A stretch of DNA of 64,000 nucleotides from Octopus sinensis (taxonomy: Eukaryota): contig NC_043005.1 in NCBI RefSeq assembly GCF_006345805.1, positions 58,528,001 to 58,592,000 on the forward strand, given 5' to 3'. Below, in pieces: positions 25,939-38,572 of the stretch. The notes below the pieces were generated by a model, which worked only from the letters and a program-made list of their open reading frames with translations, made no database searches and was not told the origin of the DNA. The position numbers and the translations under genes were made by a program. Positions within the stretch are counted from its first letter, which is position 1. Each line of letters begins with the position of its first letter.

Positions 25939-25973
25939 GTTTCTCATGAAGAGCTCCACTCGAAACGTTAAAC
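25939..25973 (+). ncRNA. Decayed minimal type I hammerhead ribozyme motif within a short repeat (about 25860-26090)
   Basis: GTTT-CTCATGA-A-GAG(CTCCA)CTC-GAAAC-GT-T-AAAC: stem I GTTT/AAAC, stem II GAG/CTC, palindromic AACGTT stem III. The core has G5C. Confidence 0.6.
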
Positions 25974-27076
25974 CCTCCTTCTTTCCTTCCTTCCTGAGTG
26001 TCCAATAATACTATATGTGTTCCACATCCTCGCGTTGTTGTGTTTTCTCTTTGTGTTTTCATGTTTGGATTAACTTTATATATTTATATATATATATATT
26101 TATATATAAACTTTAAGAGTGAGTCACTGTGCAATATGTATTTATTGCGGGTGCCCAGGGTCGGCAAACTGAAGGACTGCCCTGGGTGGAACACACTCTA
26201 GCTACACCATTGATGGTAGCCGAAGCAAAAATTAAATGAATACGTAAATAAATGAATAGCTGACTGGATAAAGTATTGGATTACATGCCTGCAGATCGTG
26301 GGTTCAAATCCTCTGTAAGCTTACTTCTGTTGCGTCTTCTGGAAAAAACATTTTATTTTGCATTGACTATATACATATAGTGGTCATCAAAAGTAGGTGA
26401 CACAATGTCTGAGATTGTTATATATGCAATATGTATAAATTAGTATATATATATAGTGTTGTATATTCCTATCAAAAGAAATGAAAGACTTTGAAGAATC
26501 ACAATTTAAGACAAAGTATTCAGTTCATAAAATCTTTATGATGCTGGCTTTACAAGAATGGTCATGTTTCATTTACCTGGAGAATTGTTTGAGAGTCTAT
26601 CTGTATGTGCATGTGTAAGTGTGTGTGTCTGTGTGTGTCTGTGTGTGCGTGTGTGTGTGTGTGTACGTGTATCTGTATAATATAATATATATATACATGT
26701 ATATATATATTCTTAGAATTCATCTGAGAGTTTGAGATTCTTGAACAAATCCTCAGGGGACTGAAGCAACTATTCTCGTAAAGCCATCATCTTAATAAAC
26801 TTTATGGACTGCTATACATACATAATTACACATACACACGTGTGTGTGTGTGTGTGTGGTGTGTGTGTGTGTGCGTGTGTGTGTATACAGGTCTGGGCAA
26901 AAGCAGGTATACAGTTGCTTAATATGTGTGAGATGTTCTTTTCATTTCTCTATTTCTGTTTTATAATAAGAATTCTATGATTCTATGATTCATGTCAAAG
27001 AACATAGAATTGTTGAATTCTTATCCTATATACATTTACATACATACATACATACATAAATATACATACATATATA

Positions 27077-27617
27077 TATAATATAAAATCTGTTCTGTCT
27101 GTCTGTGTGTGTGTCTTCTAGGATCTCGGGCATCCTCCATCCGATTGCACTCAAATTTTATATGTAGATATCGACGGTATCAGGGTGTGTATAAGTCTTG
27201 AAAAAATTACAAAAATCGATTCCCGGTGAGAATGTGATTGATAAAGCCGTGGGAACGTGCATTTGTACGTGCAAGTACATCAGCTGTTGTGATCGATACT
27301 ACTCATACGCAAGAAAAATGCACATGCAGCTTGTGCAAAAAACCCAGCTGGCTTCAAATAATGCTATAAAAGGCAGTATATTTAAGAGACCAAAAAAGTA
27401 AGATGCAAAAGAGATATTTTCTTCAAACTTGGCATGAAGGAAGGAAAGACCATTTGGTTTCTCAAGAAGTTTTTTTTGCCTTAACTTCGTTTAACAAAAC
27501 CAAAAATTTTATTGAAATAAAGGCATGCTTAATTATTTTTTAATGAAAAGTGTTGAAAAAATTTGGTTTAAATGTTTGAGAACTCAGCACTGAAAAAGGG
27601 GGGGGGCGTTTTATTCG

Positions 27618-27620
<3 letters not shown>
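27077..27620 (+). mobile_element. Helitron-like family 2 element (variant interior)
   Basis: Shares about 170 bp of 5' end with 13297 and about 60 bp of 3' end with the opposing copy. Confidence 0.6.
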
Positions 27621-27647
<27 letters not shown>

Positions 27648-27649
<2 letters not shown>

Positions 27650-28171
27650 GAGCAAAACGCCCCCTGTCCAATGGACAGTGCTGAGTTGTCAAATATTTAA
27701 ACCAAATTTTCTTAAAACAACTTGTCCGACCGTCCCATAGGTCTCCCCTTTGAGAAACACTGTTTTAACCTAAATTTGAGACACCAGCAAAAGAAGAAAT
27801 ACGATTTTATTCACACAAATATACAACCGAAGAGTTTAAAGAACCAGTAATGATAAGGCTGTTGACTGGGAGAACACAAACATGGTTTAAACAGTAAGCT
27901 TGACAGGAAAGAAACGTGCCTTTAAGCAGTACAAAAACAACAAAAAATAGAAGTTGCCCTTATGTACAGGTTGATGGAAGAAAAGCAGGATAAAAATGAC
28001 TTTATCGATCGCATTCTTACCTGGAATCGAATTTTGTAATTTTTTCAAGACTTATACATGCCCTGATACCGTCAGTATCTACACATCAAATTTGAGCGCA
28101 ATTGGATGGAGGATGCCCAAGATCCTAGAAGACACACAGACAGACAGACAGAACGGATTTTATATAATAGA
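27648..28171 (-). mobile_element. Helitron-like family 2 element, tail-to-tail with 27077-27620
   Basis: Reverse complement of the 13297 element. 3' palindrome CTGTCCAATGGACAG at 27664-27678. Confidence 0.65.
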
Positions 28172-28265
28172 TATATATATATATGTATAGGGAGAATTCA
28201 CAAAAAGACAAAAGACAAAGCCAACAAACAGATGTATTAGTTTAATGCTCAGGAAGTGAAAAAGT

Positions 28266-28301
28266 CTTTAACGTTTTGAACCTATGCTCTTCCACAGAAA
28301 G
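28266..28301 (-). ncRNA. Decayed minimal type I hammerhead ribozyme motif within a short repeat (about 28188-28345)
   Basis: CTTT-CTGTGGA-A-GAGC(ATAG)GTTC-AAAAC-GT-T-AAAG: stem I CTTT/AAAG, stem II GAGC/GTTC. The core is degenerate. Confidence 0.55.
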
Positions 28302-28464
28302 GAACACAGAAAGAAACAAGGAGAGAAAATAAAGGGAAAATAAATATATATATATAAGGGAAAGAGAGAGGAAGAGGGGCGAGAGAGAGGAGAAAGAGAG
28401 GGAGAGAGAGAGAGAGAGAGTGAGTTAAACATTAAAATATCTCGTGTAAATAAGCACTGGTGAT

Positions 28465-28685
28465 GGTTCCACATAAAAAGCACCCAGTACACTGGGTAAA
28501 GTGTTTGGCATTAGGAAGGGCATCCAACTATAGAAGCCAAGCCAAAACAGTCTATGGAATCTAGTGCAGCCCCTGACCCTGCCAGTTCCTGTCAAGCCAA
28601 GCCAAGCCAACCCATACCTGTATGGAAAACAGACATTAAATGTTGCTGTTGTGGTTGATAATGATGATGATGATGATGATGATAA
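28465..28685 (+). mobile_element. RTE-type 3' end, diverged
   Basis: ATAAAAAGCACCC...TTAGGAAGGGCATCCAACT...GACATTAAATG plus (GAT)n. Confidence 0.7.
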
Positions 28686-29849
28686 TGATGATCAAATGAG
28701 TCATCATCAAATCGAAGATTCTCAATAAGCAGTGCCAAAACAGCTGTGCCAATATGTCTCATAATTGTATTTTTCTGCATGTTTATTTAGAGATAATGTT
28801 TTTTAATCGAAAATAAAAAAAAAATAAGAGAAAAAGTGAAAAAGTTAATAATTCACTATGCAAAAAAAATTTATAAATGTCTTTCGAATGGTTATCATTA
28901 GACTAAAATTTTTTTTTTTCCTTTTTAAAACAGTGGAAATGTCAAGATTAAAATAACCTTAGGCCAGTTTGACTTGTGAATATATTTCCGTCTATGTTTT
29001 TACTCTTGTCTTTTATGTGTTCAATAATTTAGGTTGCTGTGTGTACGTTCAAGAACACAATCTTTAAAATGAGTAAATGATTAGTATAAGAGTAGTTTGG
29101 GGTATAATTTTTTAGAAGTCTGCCTTTTTAAGTTTACACTGATGTTTGTTGAAATATTTTGGAACACCAAAATGCACAAAGAAGTAGATGGATGAATAAA
29201 AGAGTGCCTGTAATTTAATTTTTGATTCAAAATGTATGTCTTGTAATTTTAATGGGAAATCATTTAAAAAAACTTTTTTTTCTTTTTTCTGTTTTCACAT
29301 TTTTCATTTTCACTTGAAGCTATTTAACATTTTGAAATGAAAAACATTTTTTTTTCATTTTATTGACGCTAAAATAATGTTCCTGTGATTCGAGATCTTT
29401 TAGAAGTGGTGTTGTGAGTTTGTACTATGTTGGTTGACTACACTTAAGCCACAAATATGTGGAATGGTGTGTTTGAAGAAATGGTAGTGAACTGCAATAA
29501 ATGTCTCGTGTTATTTGATTTTGGTTCCTCTGTTCTCTAAGGATAGAATTTTCATGGAATGGACTCACTCTTATCATCATCATCGTTTTCATCATCATAG
29601 TCATCATTATCATCATCATCATCAACATTATTTCACGTCTGTGTTTTTCCATAACGGAATGGGTTGGATGGGTGTTGCAGCCACTCACTGCTTGTATTCC
29701 TTCATTCCACTTCAATAACAAAAAAAAACAAAAAATCAAACAAACAAAAAAATGTCAAGTTTTGTTGCTTGCAGAGTGAATGATTTGTGAACTTGGGCTT
29801 TCCTTTTGATACATGTGGGCATGTGTGTGTGTGCATGTGTGTATGTGCA

Positions 29850-29884
<35 letters not shown>

Positions 29885-30024
29885 TATATATATGCTAGCA
29901 TGGAAAGCGGACGTTAAACAATGATGATGATGTATATAAATATATGTGTATGTATGTATATATGTATAATGCTGAATAAAAAAAAATATATATATATATA
30001 TCTGTGCATGTGAGTGTGTATGTG

Positions 30025-30081
<57 letters not shown>

Positions 30082-30228
30082 TGACTCAGATCCAATTATA
30101 TCCCCAAAAAGACAAACAAAACCAACTAATGTTACTTCTTTTTGTATTTAGGATTTCTAAAATAACATATTTTGATACTTGTATAAGCTTGTTTCAATGC
30201 CAAAAGTATAGAACATATCTATAGATGT

Positions 30229-31079
<851 letters not shown>

Positions 31080-31209
31080 GATAAAATTTTTCGAAAAAAA
31101 ATTCTGTCAATGGCCAGCATATCAAAAAATATCTTTAAAGGTTAAATTTATAAACAACTTATAAGCAAGGGCAAAAGAATTTTTCTTTTGCCTTTGCTTA
31201 TAAGTTGTT

Positions 31210-31240
<31 letters not shown>

Positions 31241-31408
31241 TATATAATAATAAATATTAGGGAATAAATCCAAATTTACAGGGAAAATCAGATTTAGGAT
31301 TGAATCCAATTTTATAGTAAAATATTATATAATATTAATTAGAGACAAAACCACTATTTTGCAAATCAAACAAATATATATGTATATATATATATATTAT
31401 ATATATAG

Positions 31409-31469
<61 letters not shown>

Positions 31470-31716
31470 GCATATATACTTAAATGCATGCATACATGTT
31501 CAGTTGTTTCCAAGTTAGGTAATAATTTTCCATGGTCTGATATATTTTCACAAAGATTGGAAACGAAGGTCACCAGTTGTATGATGGTGATGTTCATTTG
31601 CAACTCTCATATGATGTCAAACAAGGCAACTAACACTCATATACTCACACACTCTTTTATACCCACACAAATACATATATACATAAATGTGTGTATATAT
31701 ATGTATGTGTATATAT

Positions 31717-31751
<35 letters not shown>

Positions 31752-31796
31752 TCATGTGAATTCTTTAGAATTCACTAGAATCTCAATTACTTAACC

Positions 31797-31846
<50 letters not shown>

Positions 31847-32324
31847 GCATGTATGTATGTATCTATATACATATGCATACAATGGGTTTCTTTTAATTTC
31901 CATCTTCTACCAAATCCACTCATAAGCCTTTGGTTGGCCTGAGGCTCTAGTATAAAGTACTTGCCCAAGCTTCCACTCAGTGTGATGGAATCCAAGACCG
32001 TTTGGTCGGGAATCAGACTTCTTAACTGCACAGCCACCCCTTTTTATACAAGGAAATATTCTGTTTCTTTAATACCATGAATCAAAATGAATTCTACAAC
32101 ATCAAGCCTGTTTTTTCTCCCTCTCTTTCTCTTCATTTCAACTTTACTATTGTAAACTGTCATTAAATGAAACAGAAAATATAAAAACAATTGAAATCAT
32201 TTTATGAATTACACAGCAAGTGCTACAATACATGGAATTGTGTTTGCAACAAAGACATTTACATAATGTTAAACTCTCAGTAAAAAAAACATATATTGTT
32301 ATATTCACATTTTAAATTTTATAT

Positions 32325-33170
32325 CATCATCATCATCATCATCATTATCATCATCATTTAATGTCTCCTGTCCAGGGGTTGGATAGTTTGACTAGAGCTA
32401 GCAAGCTGGAAGGCTGCACCAGATGCCAGTCTGATTTGGCATGATTTTCTATGGCTGTATGCCCTACCTAATGCCAACCACTCTGAGAGTGTAATGGGTG
32501 CTTTTTACATGCCACCAGCATGGGTGCCATGTGCGTGACACCAGTATCTGCCATGGCTGTGATTTTACTTGGTTTGATGGGTCTTCTCAAGTACGACATA
32601 AGGCCAAAGGTCTCTGTCATTGCCTCTGTGAGGCCTAACACTTGGAAGGAACTCAGCAACTTTACCTCTGTGTGGCCCAACACTCAAAAGAGTCTCAGCC
32701 ACTTTGCCTCTATGAGGCCCGACACCCAAAAGGAACTCACCTATGTGTGGCCAACGCATGAAAGGAACACAGCCACTTTGCCTCTGTGAGGCTCAATGCT
32801 TGAAAGGTGCTCCTTACACACCACCAGCATGGGTGCCAGTTACATGACACCAGAATCAATCACAACTATGATTTCACTTGGCTTGATGGGTCTTCTCAAT
32901 CACAGCATATCGCCAAAGGTCTTGGTCACTGGTCAATGTCTCTGTAAGGCTCAAAGTTCGAAGATCGTACTTTACCACCTTGTCTCATGTCTTCCTGGGT
33001 CTACCTCTACTACAAGTCCCCTCCACTATTAGAGACCAGCACTTCTATACACAGTTGCTCTTGTCCATATGCATCACATAACCATACCAGCACAGTTATC
33101 CCTCTTGCACACCACATTTAATACATCTTATGCCTAATTTTTCTCTCAAGATGCTTACACTTTGTCAGAC
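32325..33170 (-). mobile_element. RTE-clade LINE 3' part: ORF end plus 3'UTR with internal tandem repeats and (GAT)n tail
   Basis: The minus strand gives LREKLGIR...WYGYVMHMD...VEGTCSRGRPRKT...DLWRYAVIEKTHQAK*. It continues into the AGGxAGGGCATxCAGC 3'UTR and a (GAT)n tail at 32325-32357. Confidence 0.85.
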
Positions 33171-33650
33171 ATGCACACACATAATAAAAAGGAGTACAAA
33201 CATACACATATATACATACATATATACAATGGGCTTCTTTCAGTTTCTGTCTACCAAATCCACTCACAAGGCTTTGGTCAGCCCGAGGCTATAGTAGAAG
33301 ACACTTGCCCAAAGTGCCACGCAGTGGGACTGAACCCGGAACCATGTGGTTGGTAAGCAAGCTACTTACCACATGGCCACTCCTACGCCTATATATACAT
33401 ACATACATACATACATACATACACTCGCACACTCACACACATATATATTTATAGCTGCATACATATATAGTTGTTGAAGCTAAAGGTGGCTTTATTGAAT
33501 AACATTATAGAAAAGAATGTTTATTTTTATCCTCATATTTTTTTATAAATAAAGTTATTATCTGTTATTCTATATCTTTTTTTATTAACATAAATCAGTC
33601 CTCAAATATCTTACACACCCTGTATATATATATATATGTGTGTATATGTA

Positions 33651-33712
<62 letters not shown>

Positions 33713-34997
33713 CTATGTGTGTATGTCTGTATTTTTTGGTGTGTTTACGTCCCCATAACTTAGCAGTTTGGCAAAAGAGACTGCTAGAATGAACACTAGG
33801 CTTAAAAAAAAAAAGGCCTGGGGTTGGTTCATTTAAGGTGGTGTTCCAGCATGGCTGCAATCAAATGAGTTCAACTAGTAAAAGAATAAAAGAAAATGTT
33901 ATGTATTTTATTATGTATCTTCTTTGCAGAATGTTGTGTTAGTGACCAGACAAAAGATATTTTTTGTATTTATTAATTTACTATAGATTATTGAGATGAT
34001 GCATTTTATATTAAAATTCAATTCAGCCAGTTGAGAAATAGATATCAATAAAATAAGTACCAAATCGAAGTATACCTTAAGATGGGATCAATATCTTTGG
34101 TAAAAAATAAGGAGTGAGCCGGTAGAGTCATTTGTATACACCAGGCAAAATTCTTGATGATTTTTCATTTGTCTTCATGTTCCAAGATCAAATTCCACTG
34201 AGGTTGACTTTGTTTTCCATCCTTCCAGCATTAATAGAAATAAGTACCAGTTGTGCCCTGGGGTCAATATAGTTGATTTACTCTCAACTTTGAACCTGCT
34301 GGCGTTGTGCTAAAATTTGAAATCGATATTTTTGGTGCAATTTCTTGAAAGCAGTATTTCAGTATGTTTGCATTAAAATGACTGAAACAAATAAAAGTAG
34401 ATAAAATAGAATTCTTTAATCTATTTAGAATCACTGCTATAGACTGTGACCAATCTTAGACATTGTTCTGGGCAGAAGGATTTTTGTTGATTGTATCGTC
34501 TTAAATATTTTGTTTATTGATCCTGTCTGAAGTAAATTCTGTGTCATCCTCCTCTGCTTAACAGGAACATAAGAAACTATAATTTTAATGTTTATTTTGA
34601 AAACCAAAAGAAATAGTTATTCTTTTAATTCCTCAATATTACAGAAGGCAGAAATCAGGTGCAGGTGTGATTGTGTGATAAGAAGTTTGCTTGCGATATA
34701 CAAATGGTGTAAATACACCTAAGTCAGCCTGCAGTGCCACCTATCCAGACTTTGAGATGCGAACATTTTGAAGTGGTTATCTCCTCTTCAGTCATAGAAA
34801 CCAAACAGTGACACTGTGAACTGATAAGAGAGACAATCTCTTACGTTATTCTAGTCAACATACGTCAGCTGGTAGTGCAAATCAATGGCTCATCATTAAT
34901 TAAATTACAGGCTGTAAGCACCAGGCAGTGATGTCTGTAAATGCAATGTTATTGCCAGTTTGAATATGCCAGTGGTACATTCAGATTTGTATATCTC

Positions 34998-35388
34998 TCT
35001 CTATATATAAAGCTGAAGTTGTCTGTGTATGGCAGGTTTGGTAGCCTTCAACTAACACTATCTCTTCCGAGACCCTGCAGCACAAGTTGACCAAAATTGA
35101 GAGTATGATAGAAGAAGGCTTGCTCTTCCTTCTGTGGAAGAAAAATTGCAAATCAGACCATGTTAAGACCAAAAATTATTTACATCAAAAAGGTGCTTTT
35201 TTTCTATAAAAATTCCTATTTTTTTACGATTATTTTACTGCTGTGTAGCCATTTTTCAGTGTATTTCAACCAGAAAAATGTTCACTTAAAGAGAATAACA
35301 AGCTAAATAATGCAAAATTTTTACTTTTCAAACATTCCAATTCTAAAGGGTTGAAACAAACCCGAGCAACGCCAGGCGATACTGCTAG
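34998..35388 (+). mobile_element. Non-autonomous Helitron, family 1, copy B
   Basis: TCTCTATATATAAAGCTGAAG...GAGCAACGCCAGGCGATACTGCTAG|T, the canonical CTAG 3' end. Confidence 0.85.
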
Positions 35389-35709
35389 TATATATATATA
35401 TATTATATATATATATATATACACATATATATATGTATGTGTCTATGTTTGTCTCTCCTTGTCTTGACATTGCATGATAGTTGTAAATGAATGTCACTGT
35501 CATACAAGCAGTGTCATTCATTTCCAATATTCTGCAAAAACATGTCTGTCTATGGGAACATAGTACCTTACATGGAAACAGCTGACGGCTGGCAACTAGA
35601 TGGGAATCTGGCTGCAGAGTATCTGCTTTGATAAACTCCATCCAATTCATTCATGCATGAAAAAAGGATGTGAAAATAATACTGATGATGGTAATGGTGG
35701 TGGCATTTA

Positions 35710-35940
35710 AGGCGGTGAGCTGGTAGAATCGTTAGCACATCAGGTGAAATGCTTAGTGGTATTTTGTCTGCTGCTACTTTCTGACTTCAAATTCTGCCAA
35801 GGTCGACTTTGCCCTTCATCTTTTTGGGGTCAATTAAATAAGTACCAGTTATGCATTGGGGCTGATGTAATTGACTAAATCCCTTTGTCTGTCCTTGTTT
35901 GTTCCCTCTATGTTTAGCCCCTTGTGGGCAATAAAAAAAA
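35710..35940 (+). mobile_element. CORE-type tRNA SINE, tail type A (...TAGCCCCTTGTGGGCAATAAA)
   Basis: Head AAGGCGGTGAGCTGG; core GGTCGACTTTGCCCTTCATC...AAGTACCAG. Same type at 14600-14710 and 63311-63519(-). Confidence 0.8.
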
Positions 35941-36405
35941 AAGATAATGGTGGTGGCAGTGATGGCAGTGATGGTGATGGTGATGATGATGATGATGATT
36001 AATATGTCAAAGGAAGATGCAGAGAAGAAGCTGACATTTCAAGTGATGCTCTTTATCAAAAAGGAAAATCAGAGAAAAGGACAAAGATACAAAAATCTGT
36101 TGTTTCTATTGTTTCTTCTTTGCTCTGATCAAGAACATCATAAAAAATGCCAGATTCTGTTTCTTCTTTTGGCATTTTCAGCTTCATTGTATAATTCTTT
36201 GCTTGTTGTGTTTTTTTTTTTTGCTGTATATCTCTATGCTTCCCAGGCATCTGTTTTTTGTCGTGTCTAACTCTGAGTAACGTTCTTTCTTTGTTTACTT
36301 GTTGCTTTCAATTATACTCATGCTATTTGTGTGATTTTCCTCCATGTACTTATGGATTATTATTTCATCCATGTCCTTACAGAATCATTAGCTACATCCT
36401 CACAG

Positions 36406-36438
<33 letters not shown>

Positions 36439-36480
36439 TTAATATCTGCCTTCCATGCTGGCATAAAATAACAATTACTG

Positions 36481-36554
<74 letters not shown>

Positions 36555-36596
36555 ATGTATGTATGTATCTATGTATGTATGTGTGTATATATGTAT

Positions 36597-36815
36597 GCAA
36601 ACTTTAGGTTAGTTAAAATATGTTTGTGACATATTTCAACTTCTAAGGGTAAATTTACTGAAGTTGCTATGGAGAAAAAAAAAATCTCTCTTATGGTAAG
36701 AAAAAATTCATTCTCATGGTAAGAAAGAATTTTTTTCTCCACGGTTACTGCAGTGAATTTGCCTTTAGAAATTGAAATATGTCACAGACATATTTTGAAC
36801 TAACCTAAAGTTTGC
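36597..36815. mobile_element. Fold-back MITE with imperfect TIRs of about 85 bp
   Basis: GCAAACTTTAGGTTAGTT...GGAGAAAAAA is matched by its reverse complement TTTTTTCTCC...AACTAACCTAAAGTTTGC. Confidence 0.8.
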
Positions 36816-37059
36816 TTATGCCTTAACACTGCTTGGTGCCAATACTATAGTAATATATATATATATATAAACACACACACAAATATATATATATATATTT
36901 ATATACATATATGATGAGGATGATGATGATGATATATAGATAGATAGATAGATAGATGCACACATATATAAATACATATATATATATATTTAAATATATA
37001 TATATGCATATGTATGTATACACACACACACATATATATGTATGTATTTATATATATAT

Positions 37060-37091
<32 letters not shown>

Positions 37092-37936
37092 TATATACAT
37101 ACATATATATATTTGTAGATATATTTATGTCTATGTATCTGTGTATATATATATATATATATTATACAAACACAAACACACATGCACATATATGTATGTA
37201 TGTATGTATGCATACATGTTTGTATGTATATATGTGCAAAACATGGTTATGTGGTTATGGTTTGACAACACTTCTCTGAAGTATTGTCTTGTGGTATCAA
37301 ATCTAGAACCATGTAGCTGTGAAGTGAACCTGTTTTAAGCACAGAACCATGACTGTATATATATATATATATTTTTAAAAGTTAGCTGGCACTCTATGCT
37401 GGTCAACTTGTAGACAGGTAGGAAGGAATACATGGATATATATATATCTATGTATAAGTAAGTATGTAGGTAGCTGGGAGAATAGATGATAAAAAAATCA
37501 ATGCCTAACTTAGGTTTCTCCCTGGCTTACTCCCTTACAGCAAATAAATAAATAAGTAAATTTATTTTTCTGAACATATTGCTGAATATTTTTTCAACTA
37601 GAGCCATCAAAGAATGATTTCTTTGTTCATAATTTGAAATTTCACTTTAGAATTTAAAAAAAAAAGATGATGTATCTTACTTTGTTTGAATATAAATAAT
37701 ATTGAAAATCGTAATGGCACACAGCTGATAGAGCACTTCAAAATTGGTGATGTATTTAATGGTTGGTAAAAGAAAAAAAAATCATAAAAATAGTGGTTGT
37801 GTGTCATTTTTTGATAACTATTGAGTTTTACATTTTCTATTTTGGGGGTGAGGGTTGAAAAAAAGTTCTTTTTTGGTAGTAAAAGAACTGGTGCTAGTAG
37901 GTATAATTATATTTATTTGGTAACTATAATTCTATG

Positions 37937-37983
<47 letters not shown>

Positions 37984-38357
37984 CATCAATTTAAAAAAAA
38001 TTCTTGTACACATGCAAATATTGCTCTCAAATTTAGAAAGCCAAAAAAAGAGGGAGAGAAAGCGAAAGAGAGAGAGAGAGAGTGAGAGAAAGAGAAGGAG
38101 AAAGTTAGAGAGAGAGAGAGAGAGAGAGAGAATGTTGATTTTGGGAGCCATTTTTATCTTTTATCTTTGAATTCTATTAACACATTGAATGCAACTTGAG
38201 TTAAATCAACCTGAAATATCTTTGGTGGATGAAAGACTTTGGTTTTCTTTTTCCTTCTTCTCTCCATTTTTGGTGTTGGTGTTAGTGTTGGTGCTGGAGT
38301 GAATAATAATATTTATCATTTCTATGTTGTTGTTGTTATTAAAAGAAACCATTTATA

Positions 38358-38415
<58 letters not shown>

Positions 38416-38540
38416 TTTATTATCATCATCATCATCATCATCATCACCATTATTGTTATCCTCCTCCTCCTCCTCCTCCTCCTCCTCATCATCATCATCA
38501 TCACCATCAACATCATCATCATCATCATCGTCATCATCAT

Positions 38541-38572
<32 letters not shown>

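Noticed and set aside
31538-31635. Peptide IGNEGHQLYDGDVHLQLSYDVKQGN, reminiscent of the start of a Piccolo/RIM-type C2 domain
   Set aside because: An in-frame TAA follows immediately, with no GT donor, and the downstream sequence does not continue the C2 pattern.
36050-36250. Minus-strand TSKELYNEAENAKRR segment as a possible RTE remnant
   Set aside because: It is too short and degenerate to call without an alignment.
37525-37527. Possible 3-nt microexon (tgctgtaag|GGA|gtaagc) on the minus strand
   Set aside because: The AAG acceptor is weak, and such patterns are expected by chance in 64 kb of AT-rich DNA.
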